From positions 10,354,001 through 10,418,000 of the forward strand of contig OZ176052.1 of the NCBI GenBank assembly GCA_964247055.1: DNA of 64,000 nt, written 5' to 3'. The stretch comes from Paragordius varius. Taxonomy: Eukaryota; Animalia; Nematomorpha. Made by a program: the position numbers and the translations under genes. Within the stretch, counting starts at the first letter, position 1, and the number at the start of each line of letters is the position of its first letter. The notes beneath the pieces are model-generated. The model did no database searches. It was not told the origin of the DNA and was given only the letters and a program-made list of their open reading frames with translations. This document shows, in pieces, positions 27,116 through 38,798 of the stretch.

Positions 27116-28110
27116 AACAAGTAATATAAGCAAGTTATTTACCCTAGTGGTAAGTGCACCATAGCAGAATGTAAAAAATATCATAAACTACTTAAAAAAG
27201 CAAAATAATATTTTTTAAAAAAATTAATTTTTAGTTGTGGGCTTCGAAAGTCCCTTTGCTCTTCTAAAATAGGCTAGTTTTCAAATAAAAACAAAAGTGC
27301 CGAGATTGGCGATACAAATATTAAATATATGCTGAATTTTGATATCAAAGTAAATCCATACTTTTTTCAAAAATTTGCAAAATTTTGTTGAAGCGTATTT
27401 CAAACTATTTTGAAGCATTATGGAAACAGTATAAAAAAATTTAAGTCATTATAAAAACACTTTTTCTTCATAATTCGATGATGCCGAACATTTCTATCAC
27501 CTCATTTCAAAAATTAGTTCGTCATCAAGATTATTATAAGACAAATTTGTTTTTTACAAATATTCATTTAAAATTAAATAAACCTTTGAATTATAATTTT
27601 GAAGCTATAGAAATGTTCAGCATCATAATCAAAAAAGTGTTTTTATAATGTCTTAAAGCGTTTTACCGTTTCTATCATGCCTCAAAATAGCTTAAAGTAG
27701 CTTCAACAAAATTTAGTAAATATTTAATGTTTGAACAAATATGGATGAGATATTTTTATTGTTATCAAAATTCAGCATATATTTAAAATTTTTATGGGGC
27801 AATCTTGGTATTTTTGTTTTTATTTCAAAAGAACTAGCCTATTTTAGAAAAGCGACAAAATTTAAGACTTTCCCATATCTAAAAATTAACGTAGTTTATG
27901 ATATTTTTTAGTGATATTTTTTAAAATAAAGCATTTAGCTTTCATCGAAAAAATATTAGTTGAGAAAAGTACGCAAATTTTTACATTTACTAATATGGAG
28001 CACTTACCACAAAAGTTTGCTTATATCACTTATAAAACTAAAACCAAAAGCACCCTGATAATTTTGATACATTTTCCTATCAGATAAATTATATATTTCA
28101 TCAGGTTATT
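27116..28110. mobile_element. Palindromic ~1 kb MITE
   Basis: Left-arm motifs (GTGGTAAGTGCACCATA, AAATAGGCTAGTT, GCTGAATTTTGATA) reappear inverted (TATCAAAATTCAGC, AACTAGCCTATTT, TATGGAGCACTTACCAC). Related copies at ~46860-47950 and, partially, ~130-400, ~31640-32450 and ~45700-46300. Confidence 0.65.
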
Positions 28111-28351
28111 TTTTATACCCCCCGATTTTGCACGTAAGGTATATATTATGAATATTTTTTCTATACATTTTGATGAAGAATAAAAACTAACAGCACATTC
28201 GATTTAGGAAGTATTTATGCCCAAAAACGGGATCATTAATCAAAATGGCGCCAAAATGACCCAGTTTTTGGGTAGAAAAATTTCCTAAATCTAAATCTAA
28301 AATTTAATGTTTGTACTGCATCCATTTTAGAAAAGGTATTTATAATATATA

Positions 28352-28625
28352 CCGTTTACACTCAAATTCACCCTTGAACAATTCAAATTCACCCTAAAAT
28401 AAATTATGTGTTTTTTTAAGATTAAAATTACTTATATTATATTTTTAAAAAATAATATTTTAAAATTAAAATAATGGAAAAAATAATAAACAAAGCGATA
28501 AAGATAAATTTTATATAAATAATAAATTATCTTAGGCCCAAAACACATAATTTAGTTTTAGGGTGAATTTGAATTTTTCAAGGGTGAATTTGAATTGTTC
28601 GAGGGTGAATTTGAATTGTAAATGG
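28352..28625. mobile_element. TA-flanked MITE with 21-bp subrepeats in its TIRs
   Basis: TA|CCGTTTACACTCAAATTCACCCTTGAAC ... GGGTGAATTTGAATTGTAAATGG|TA. Unit TCAAATTCACCCTTGAACAAT is repeated in each arm. Confidence 0.8.
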
Positions 28626-29790
28626 TATATATTGGAGGTTTTGTAAAAATTATTGAAAATTTCTCTATAAGACTAAAATCATTAATTAATAGACGATATC
28701 TTGAGTACACTTTCAAATTTTAGCTTTAAATCTTGTAAGTCTTTTAAGGACCCTTAAAAAAATTTGAAATCATTGTCGTTGATATATGCCTTTATGATTA
28801 TTATATATTAACAAAAATATTGTATATAATTTTTTTCGGTCTAATGTGCATTAAAAATGCGATTTTTCCATTTTCCTGCAGAAGTTTGAGTCAATTTTCT
28901 CTAAAAAAGTATTTTAATATGCGATAAAAGTATATGCACTCCCATAAATTACTTCCGCTATGATAAAAAAATACTTTTATATAGGTATACAAATAATATA
29001 ATGTAAATCTATTAAACCTATTGTTTTTATGGTTTAGTTGTGAAATGATTGATTTTAAGAAAAACTTATAGGTTTGGATCTTGAAATCCCGATTGAAATT
29101 TAGCCCAAAAACCATTTTTAGTTTGTTTTTAATGGATTAAAAGTCCTATACAAAAATACCTAAAATAAATAATATTTAATGTCTATTCATGCAATAGCAA
29201 CAAATAAAACTGAACTGACCGTTTATATGCAAATATAATTTTTACATTAGAAAACGCGATTTCTCAATTTCGTCAAAAATCTTTTGCATCTTAGTTTTAG
29301 CCCAAGTTTTGAGAATGATACTAGGGTAAAGAAAATTTTATTTTGAATTTTGGACACTTCTTATGGATATATACAGAGCATATCTGGGTGCAAATAACCT
29401 ATCTAAACAATTCCGTCAAACTAAAAAAAATAACTTGGTTCAAACAATGTCACTAAGATCTATTACAGTTTGATATAAATAGGAGAGAGTGTAGTTGGTT
29501 TATATAACAAAGTAACTGAAATCCGTGAATCATTATTACGGAGATAATTTATGAATGAATGCAAACCAAGCCCCGAATAACTAATTTTTCATATATTAAA
29601 ATCAGGTGTAAAACGGCTAAATTTTTTTAAATGTAACTAATAATTGTATTCTTTTAATGATATCATTAAGGCTTCAAATATAAATTTTTAATACGTTAAA
29701 AAATGGGTTACAAAATGATTTTACAAGCATGATGTCTTAATTTAAATCATGCGTATCTCACATATTTTCTTTAATATGTTTTCGGTTTTA

Positions 29791-30960
29791 AATAGGTGTA
29801 GTCAAAAGTTATTACCGTAACTAAGAAAGCACGCCAAAAGTACGAACAAGATTGATTGAGACCCCATTTTCTTCATCTGACATTGAACGACAGACACCAA
29901 GTTGAGCTAGCCAAAAACTAGCGTCTTCCAGGATCATGCCGAATTTTATGCCTAAAAAGAAACATTTGTGGCACGCATTTCTACCTGAAAAAATAGGCTC
30001 TTGAAAGCTATCTTGGCAAAACATATAGTTAATTGGCTCCATCGATTATATGTTATGCGTGGTTCGAAATATTAAAAGTTGAGATAATATGTGATAGATT
30101 GTGGAGTCTCTGAAAACACACAAATGCAAAGACGCTAAAATAGTATATTGGTTGATGACTCGACTTCAAATCTGCCAACAATTGGCAAAATGAATACACA
30201 AATCACAAAAAACGATCAGTAGATGTCTACAGGCCTGAAAAACAGCAATAAACCCAGTAAATGGGTCCCGCATATTTGAAATGACGCAAAGGGATAAGTA
30301 AAATTCTGCTTCAACGTCACAAAAGAAAATCATTTCCGCATCGAATTGTGACGGGTGATGAGAAGTGACTTTATTTTGTAAATCTAAAGTTGAAAAAATT
30401 GGTACACCTTGCCAAGCCGATCCATCAACACCAAGGCCAAATCGATTTGCAAAAAGACCATGCGCTGTGTCTGGTGAGAGAGCGTTATAGTGCATTATGA
30501 ACTTTTAAAGTCCCTGAAATTGTTAATACACAACACTATCGCTAAATACCTAATTAAAACCATGCATTAGTCGGAAAATTGGAATGAGCCAGAAAACATT
30601 ATAAAAACGATTTTTTTACATGACAATGCTTCGTCTCAACCCAGCAAAACTAGTGAAAGACACCTTATAATTGTCCGAAGGGGTCCCTCCGCATCCACTG
30701 TACTCTTGAACTGGCGGCGTCTGATTATTACCTCTTAGACCCACTCGCAGAGCAGCGCCTCAATTTCGGAGATGTCAGAAAATAACTTGACGAATGGTTT
30801 GCCGCAAGATATAATCGGTTTTACTGAGATGGCATACATATATTACCTGCCAGAGGGGCGGAATGTGCAGAAGCTAATGGACATAATTTTGAATAAAATA
30901 TATGTTACTTCAAAATTGCTTGTTACCAAAAAACCGGCAAAAACTAATGCCTACACCTGG
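29791..30960 (+). mobile_element. Degenerate mariner (DD34D-type) transposon
   Basis: Mos1-like TIRs (AGGTGTAGTC / GCCTACACCTGG|TA). Remnant motifs HRIVTGDEK*, STPRPN, FLHDNA and PHPLYS..LAASDYYL, with stops and frameshifts. Confidence 0.85.
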
Positions 30961-32718
30961 TATGTATATTGTCTGATAATCAAATTTTAGCAAAAACAAC
31001 CATCACAATAATCGAACGCGGACAACCCAAAAAGCATTCCGCTCATTATAGATCCTTAGCCCCTAAGTTGTATTTTATGCTTTTACAATAGCCTTCTTAT
31101 TTATTAATTACATTACTAGTTTTTTAATTAAAAAATACTGCTTTTTCATCATGGAAAATAGGGATTTTGATAATTTTTGTCTATTTATTATTAAAAGTAA
31201 TATATGCATTGTTTCGACTGTTTTTAGATCAAACTTTGGGATTTTTTAGTAAATTATATTTCAGCCGGAAGGGGAATATAGGAATCATTTTTGATTTCAA
31301 CCGGATTAAAAACGTTTTTTTGACCAGTTGTGTTTTTTTAATATTAATTACAAAACTGATTATATGGAAACAACCAGTGTAAAAGCTAAATACATCAATC
31401 TTAGAATTACTTTAACTCCTTATTACCTTTGGGCCATTTTTTTACATAGAGTAGTTCGAATTTAAATATCTTGTACACAAGGCACATAAAAAGACACATG
31501 ATGAAATATATATTCCGGTAGATGAATGCATCAGGATTTTCAAAGTGATTTCGGTATGGGCACGAGTGATTTATGCACTTTAGTAGTAATTGCTCTATGT
31601 CAAAAATTGCAAATGTTGGGCTGTTTGCAAAACAAAAATTTTTTGATGAAAATTTTGGGCTTCATTCTGAAAATTCTCCATATATAAAAGGCAAAACAAT
31701 ATGTTTAGAAGATTTTTAATTTTATATGTAAAAAAGTTTAAATATTTGGCCCTCTCTAAAATGGGCTAGTTTCCTTGATAAACCAATATTTTGCGATATT
31801 AATTATTAATATATGGTAATTATGGCATCAATTGCATACTTTTTAATAAATTTTGATGAGCCGTGCTTTTAATATTTTTAAGCATGAAAACGGTATAAAA
31901 ACAATATAAATTTTTTCAAAATTTTATACTTTAAACATTTCTATCACCTCAGAATTTTGAATAAAACATTTTTCGACTACTAATTTAAGCTGATTTTTTA
32001 TGAAAACATATTACATTGTGCTGAAAAAATAAATGGGTCTCCAATCTACATTTTTTTAATCATATATCATTCGATAAAAATCTTTATATTAATAAATATT
32101 CTAAATAAATGCGGAGGTTAATAAGCTATTTTAATTTATTTTCCATTAGCCAAAATCAAAAATCGCATTTTTGTCGCTCGAAAAAATTTCATACAATAAA
32201 AAAGGCGTCAACAAAATTTTATTTGTTAATATACATCTAAAGGAATCCTAAATGCAAAATACTAAAGATTACGTTTCAGAGGGCCTTCGAAAGACTTATA
32301 GAAATAAATATGCCCGAAAGTTGTGGTTGAGCATTTATGTTATATTATTGAGCATTAAAACTTCTCAAACAAAAAATATGAGTCGATAGATCTTTTTTTC
32401 CTTCGAATTGTAGAGGAAAAGAATTTATATAGATATTGGATGTTTTGTAAAAATTATGCGCTATTTCAGCTTCGGTGCAAATTGTCAAAATATCCTTTTT
32501 TATAGGAGCCATAAATTATTCTTTGAACTCGATATGGTTAAAATATAAAGATATAGTTAATATATGATAGTTAAAATAATAATTAAGATTTACCGCATTC
32601 AAGTTATTTGATTCGAATTTGACACCAAAGTGCGATTTTTTTTAATTATCGTAAATTAAGGAAAAACTGAAAAATTGTAAATCGATAATATTTAACTTTA
32701 GGAATATTAGGGTATATA

Positions 32719-33354
32719 CCATTTGCTCTTTAAGAGTGTCCTTGAACACTTCAAGTTGGTCCTTGAACAGTTCAAGTTGGTCCTTGAACAATTCAAGTTG
32801 GTCCTTGAACGTTTCAAGTTGGTCTTTAAAATTTTTAGATTTTGATTTAATTATAATATTTGCATTTTTTATTTTATTACTTTCTAACCTAATTATCTTT
32901 ATTTAATATATATTTATTCATTTAAAAATTAAAATATTTATTCGAAAACCACTTTTTTACTCAATAATTTTTTCCAATTTAACAAAATTATTAACTTTTA
33001 AATGTTTTCAATAAAAAATTGTAAATAATAACCCAGAAAACTTATATATTTTTTAATTAGGTCTTAAAATCTTATATATATATATATATCCAAAATAATT
33101 TTAAGAAATTATTAAGGGTATACGGTTTCTCAATGATTTAAAGTTGATATTTTATGTTAAATAATAGAAAATAGGTTAAAAACGATAAAATAGATGAATA
33201 ATTTACGATTTGATTGATAAAAGTTAAAAATAAAACAAAAAAGTCAAAGGACCAACGTAAAATGTTCAAGGACAACTTGAAGTGTTCAAGGACCAACTTG
33301 AAATTTTCAAGGACCAACTTGAAGTGTTAAAGGACACTCTTGAAGTGCAAATGG
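32719..33354. mobile_element. TA-flanked MITE with 21-bp tandem subrepeats in its TIRs
   Basis: TA|CCATTTGC ... GCAAATGG|TA. Unit CTTCAAGTTGGTCCTTGAACA occurs about 4 times in the left arm and inverted in the right arm. Confidence 0.82.
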
Positions 33355-33662
33355 TATATTTTAATAAATAAATTTTGTAAACGTGTTTTTCCCTATTGTA
33401 TATAATTTAATGAGTTCTACTGTGCGATAAAAATACGATTTTTCAATTTTGGCTAATAAAAGAATATTTTAAATGACCTTTTTCTAGCGCGTTAACAGCA
33501 ATCTTCGATATTCATTTTCCTGAAGCTTTTAGTTATCGAATGATATATGATTAATAAATGTAGGGTGCTGTACACCGAGTTATAATTAATTTAAATTTTT
33601 GATATGTAGTTGATATGACACAACATTGCACGATTGTCTTTTTATCTTACATCATATTATTA

Positions 33663-35854
33663 CACTGTGCCACAAAATTTGGGGTCAATTTTCTGAATCC
33701 AAATGTATTAATATTTTCTGATTCCTTATGGTATTGTGATCAGAGCAAAAAAATTTTTACCTACCCAGGTCGTTTTCGTTCCATATTTAGCCATATCCAA
33801 AACTTTCTCTTTTGTAAATATTTTTCGCTAGGTCAACAAATAATATGTGGCTTATAATACAAATTATATTATAGACCACCAATTTATCCTCAAAAAAAGG
33901 GGGAACTTAACATTTTTTGACACAAATATTTTTTGCTGCTTTTTATCTAAAAAAAGCTAAATTTTACTCAGCTGCATATAATATATTTTTTATTTCATAT
34001 GATATTTTTAAATATTTCCTACACTTAAATATATTCTATATCAGCTTTTTCATCAAGAATATATTATTATATACCCAAAATGTACAAAAAATATAATTAT
34101 CACCAACATTTTTTATAAAAACGCCGCAGTTTTAATAGGGCCGCACGTATTATACATTTAATTTTAGATTACGAGTCTTTTAAACGATGTGGTGTTTAAA
34201 TCTAAAATGCAACCCAAAGAAAAAGCGGCATAGGTTGCATTGCGAACCTTTTCTCAAAAATTTTTGGGAAATTAAAAAATAACAATTACCTGTAATTAGT
34301 TAATCGACTCTTTCTATAGGATGGGTATGTATGTTATAATACATATGTTATTTAAACATTTATATTCCTTTTTATCCAAAAATATAGATGCCGCATGAAT
34401 CTAAAGCTACATATAGTGAATTCCCATGTGTTTCCCAAAGACACCATCCCAGAAAGAGCCGAAAAGGGACATCAATTTTAAATCTTTCGAAAAAACTTAT
34501 CGAAATAATATAAATTTAATTTGCGATTATATATTTATATATATATATATATATATATGTATATAATAAATAAATTATTATTTTATTTTACTTTCATATA
34601 AAATCAAGATAGATTATCCGTGTCTATTTGACCAAAATATACACTTTCTTTAATATTTACTCTATTAATTGAAGCATTAAATGAGGATTTGCGTATAATT
34701 CATTATATAATTCTCATTGAAAGAGTTCCGGGGTTTTAATTGAGAAAAAGGCTTTTGACAGGATTCCTAGATAAACTATTTGTTGAAGTCTCCGTCGTAA
34801 AAAGGTCCCAGAAAGTTATATCAAGTTGTTACAAATAATGTACGAATCTCACACCTCCAGGATTAAAACTCCACAAGGTTTACCAGAGCCCTTTTCAATA
34901 AAGCATGGAGTCTACCAAGGTCATCACTTAACCTCTTATTGTTTATAATTTGTATGGACGAGATAGCCAAGGTCGTTAATGTAAGGTCAGGTTTGACTTA
35001 ATGTATGCAGATGACATAATCATCTTGTCTGATTCATTATCTGAGTTGTAGTGAACGGTAAACAGATGGGTCATTTAACTGAATCAATAAGGTCTGAAAG
35101 TAAACAAAGCAAAAACCGAACTTATTACTTTTGGGGGTCCACAACATGAAATGGAAGTTGATGATAGTTGGGTTCTGAAGGGTAAAGAAAGTTGCAAATA
35201 TTTGGGGGCTATGTTAAGTTCGGTTGGATCGTTGACCGATGATATTAATTTTATAATAAAGAGCAGTTGGATAAATAGGAAGATTGATGTTAGAGTGAAA
35301 GGTAAGATATACAGTTCAGTTGTTCAACCCACAATGATGTATAATTTACAGACGTGAAGTGTCAAAAAATCCGAGGAAAGACATTTCAACGTGACTGAAA
35401 TGAAAATGCTTAGAATGATGTGTGGGGTAACAAAAGAGTATAGAATTGAGAATAGATTTATTCGTGGGAGCACAGATGTTAAATCAATAGTGAAAAGAAT
35501 GTCAAAAAATAGGGTACGTTGGTTCGGGCACATTGAAAGGAGAAATTCTAATCATATTGCAAAAATAATAGATAGTCATATAGTTGAAGGAAAACGAGGA
35601 CGTGGGCGGCCTAAATCGAAATGGGTCAGTAAAAAGTGTTAGCAGAAACGAGCTTAATGCAGAAGACGCCATAGATAGAGTACTATGGCCAGACAGGTTA
35701 TATAACAAGACCGCTCTGACGAGTGAAAACATATCATTTAATGCTTCAATTAATTAGAGTAAATATTAAAGAAAGTGTATATTTTGGTAAAAAAAGACAC
35801 GGATAATCTATCTTGATTTTGAATGAAAGTAAAATAAATTAATAATTTATTTAT

Positions 35855-35908
<54 letters not shown>

Positions 35909-36957
35909 CGCAAATTAAATTTATATTATTTCGATAAGTTTTTTCGAAAGATTCAAAATTGATGTCCCTTTTCGGCTCTTTCTGTGATGGCGTCTTCGGG
36001 AAACACAAATTGGGAATTTACTATATGTAGCTTTAGATTCATGCGGCATCCTATATTTTTGGATAAAAAAGAATATAAATGTTTAAATAACATGTGTATT
36101 ATAACATACATACCCATCCTATAGAAAGAGTCGATTAACTAATTACAGGTAATTGTTATTTTTTAATTTCCCAAAAATTTTTGAGAAAAGGTTCGCAATG
36201 CAACCTATGCCGCTTTTTCTTTGGGTTGCATTTTAGATTTAAACACCACATCGTTTAAAAGACTCGTAATTTAAAATTAAATGTATAATACGTGCGGCCC
36301 TATTAAAACTGCGGCGTTATAAAAAATGTGGGTGATAATTATATTTTTTGTACATTTTGGGTATATAATAAAAGCTGATATAGAATATTTAAGTGTAGGA
36401 AATATTTAAAAATATCATATGAAATAAAGAATATATCATATGCAGCTGAGTAAAATTTAGCTTTTTTTAAATAAAAAAACAGCAAAAAAGATGTAAAAAT
36501 TAAATTTATTTTTTAAACTAAAAGTCCATAAAGCTATTACACAATGATATTTATAATTATACAAACATTATTAACATCCAAGAACATAAAATAAAATCGG
36601 TTTTCATTTAATAAGATGCTGAAATATATTTGTGTCAAAAAATGTTAAGTTCCCCCGTTTTTGAGGGTTTTTGCCCCCTGGAACAAAAAGTATTGAATAT
36701 TTTGAGTTATTTTTTTTATTTTAAAGATAAATTGGTGGTCTATTATAAAATTTTTATTATAAGCCACATATTTTTTGTTGACCTAGCGAAAAATATTTAC
36801 AAACGAGAAAATTTAGGATATGGCTAAATATGGAAAAAGTCCCATATCTCGAAAACGACCTGGGTAAGTAAAAATTTTTTTACAAATCTGATCACAATAC
36901 CATAAGGAATCAGAAAATATTAAAAAATCCAGATCCAGAAAATGTTGTGTCACACTG
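33663..36957. mobile_element. Foldback (long-TIR Tc1-like) element with ~1.0 and ~1.2 kb arms
   Basis: Ends TA|CACTGTGCCACAA and TTGTGTCACACTG. 33663-34684 is the reverse complement of 35734-36957 (e.g. AATAGGGCCGCACGTATTATAC / GTATAATACGTGCGGCCCTATT). Confidence 0.85.
34685..35733 (+). mobile_element. 5'-truncated RTE-clade LINE fragment
   Basis: Reverse-transcriptase remnants EKAFDRIP, HGVYQGS and MYADDI. RTE-type C-terminus EMKMLRMMCGVT..RI.N..IR...RVRWFGHIERR...GKRGRGRPK. Frameshifted. Confidence 0.85.
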
Positions 36958-37339
36958 TTATTATTATATTAATCGCTTTTGGCGTTTAGGTTCGTGCCTC
37001 TTTATTCGTGGAATTCTTATATAAATATTCGTAGAATAAAAGACATATTCTACAATTGTGACGCACATTCATGTTTAAATTATAACTAATAAAATGTATG
37101 TATGTGTTTGTAAAAAAATACAATATCACCACAATTTCAATAAATACACATATTATCTTAATTTTACGTAATTCCCGTATACTATTTAATAATTTAAATT
37201 TTTTTTGTCAGTATCCTGAGCTTACAGAAATGTTCAGAATTATCGAATTATTTGGTTTTTTTCTACCATTTTCACCATGCTCCAAGATACCATAAAATAC
37301 GAATAGTCGAGCCACATTTTTGAATTAGCTCTATTTACC

Positions 37340-37700
37340 CGATCCCCCAGTTTAATTCCATTTTTTCCAGAAAACAAAGTCCCTAAAATAATTTTTTGAA
37401 ATTTTTACCCAAGTCATTAAACTGCATAAAATCAATAAGGATTTCAAGTAAATCCTAAAAAGGAAAATTTTTATATGATGGATTTTTTATATCGGCTTCT
37501 GGGTAGGGCGCTTGTCGCTTAATGTGCCACCATATAAAAATAACGTAGTTTTGAAGTTAATTTTTAATCCTTATAAAAAATATTGGATCAGCGCTGCGCT
37601 TTTTTCCATTTTCGCTGGGTAGGGCTCCACGCCTTAAAAAATGCACCACCCTAGAAATAGTGATTCATTTATTTTTTTCCCCTAATACACAGTGCATTAA
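37340..37700 (-). mobile_element. Inverted fragment of the Helitron-like internal repeat
   Basis: Reverse complement carries GGTGCATTTTTTAAGGCG and CCCTACCCAG motifs like the ~160 bp units. Confidence 0.45.
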
Positions 37701-38272
37701 AAGAGAAATTTTAGTTTTATATGATGCTTACTTGATATTTTACCAAAAATTACCTTATAGAGGTATTTGTGAAATTCCATAAAATGCCTTGTAATATATT
37801 TCGCACTCTTCCTGATATTCCATCCCGAATTTTATGGTAAATACTATAATGCTTTTGTTTTCCTATCTTATGAAAGCGCCAATTCCTGCATAGACCCCTT
37901 GATATATAGTTTATTTAGTGACTTTTGTTCTACATTTTTGCTTTCTTCCCCAAACTGGAGAGATTAATATTTCCTTACCTTACTAGATTGCATTTTGGGG
38001 TAATTTGTACCCCAGAGCTTAAACTTGTCAATAAACTACTGTTTTGAAATTTGTTTTGGTTAAAATTTAGTTAGTAAACATTGTTCAGTGTTAAATAAAA
38101 AGCATAAACTAACCTCTAGAGTCCCGAATTTGGATGGCCAAAACACGATTGAAACAAACAGCTGTAAAATCAATAAAAAAAATTTGGTAAAATGTAATTC
38201 AGCTTTTAAATAATTATTTACATTTTTTAACTATTGTATACACTTATCAGCTGTTGTATTAAAATCCAAAGA

Positions 38273-38308
<36 letters not shown>

Positions 38309-38798
38309 CTTTTACGTCATTTTAACCGTCTTCCACAAGTATTAAAATTGTTATTAATAGCTTTAAATAAAGCTTTGTGATAAAAAAACACACCATATGT
38401 ATCCGTCTCTAGAGTTTATTAAGTGTTAAAGCAAAGTACGCTTTTTCAAAATAATTAAGTTTGCACTGTTCTAGTTTATTTAGAATGAAAGTGTGGTTTA
38501 TAATATGGTTCTTTAAAAAACTTAGATTTGAACCTTTGGTGAAGTTTAACCACAAACCGTACCAAACTGCGCCTTTATAAAACTTTGATCATAAATCACT
38601 GTGCAATAATAAATATTTATTTTGGTTATGTGTTCCACTAATGATCATATTAATCACAATCAATTGTTGACAGAGAGAGATGTTTCATTATATATGATTT
38701 TATTATACTAATCCCATTTATACCCAAATTAAAATAAAGTATGTAGAAAATTGCATTTTAGCAAATATTTCTGCTAGTCAAATATTTGTTCCATTAAA

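Larger units (their letters stand above)
15573..27680 (+). repeat. Segmental tandem duplication, unit 2
   Basis: Collinear copy of 1893-14642; offset 13138 bp across the gene. Confidence 0.92.

Noticed and set aside
1893-27680. Duplication as a pure haplotype assembly artefact
   Set aside because: The flanks differ by about 10% with private insertions and a unique junction filler. This is not fully excluded without reads.
30166-30495. 109-aa minus-strand ORF as a gene
   Set aside because: It is the antisense shadow of the dead mariner transposase.
32740-32830. CRISPR-like array
   Set aside because: The 21-bp units are contiguous with no unique spacers, are mirrored in an inverted arm, and sit in a eukaryotic genome.
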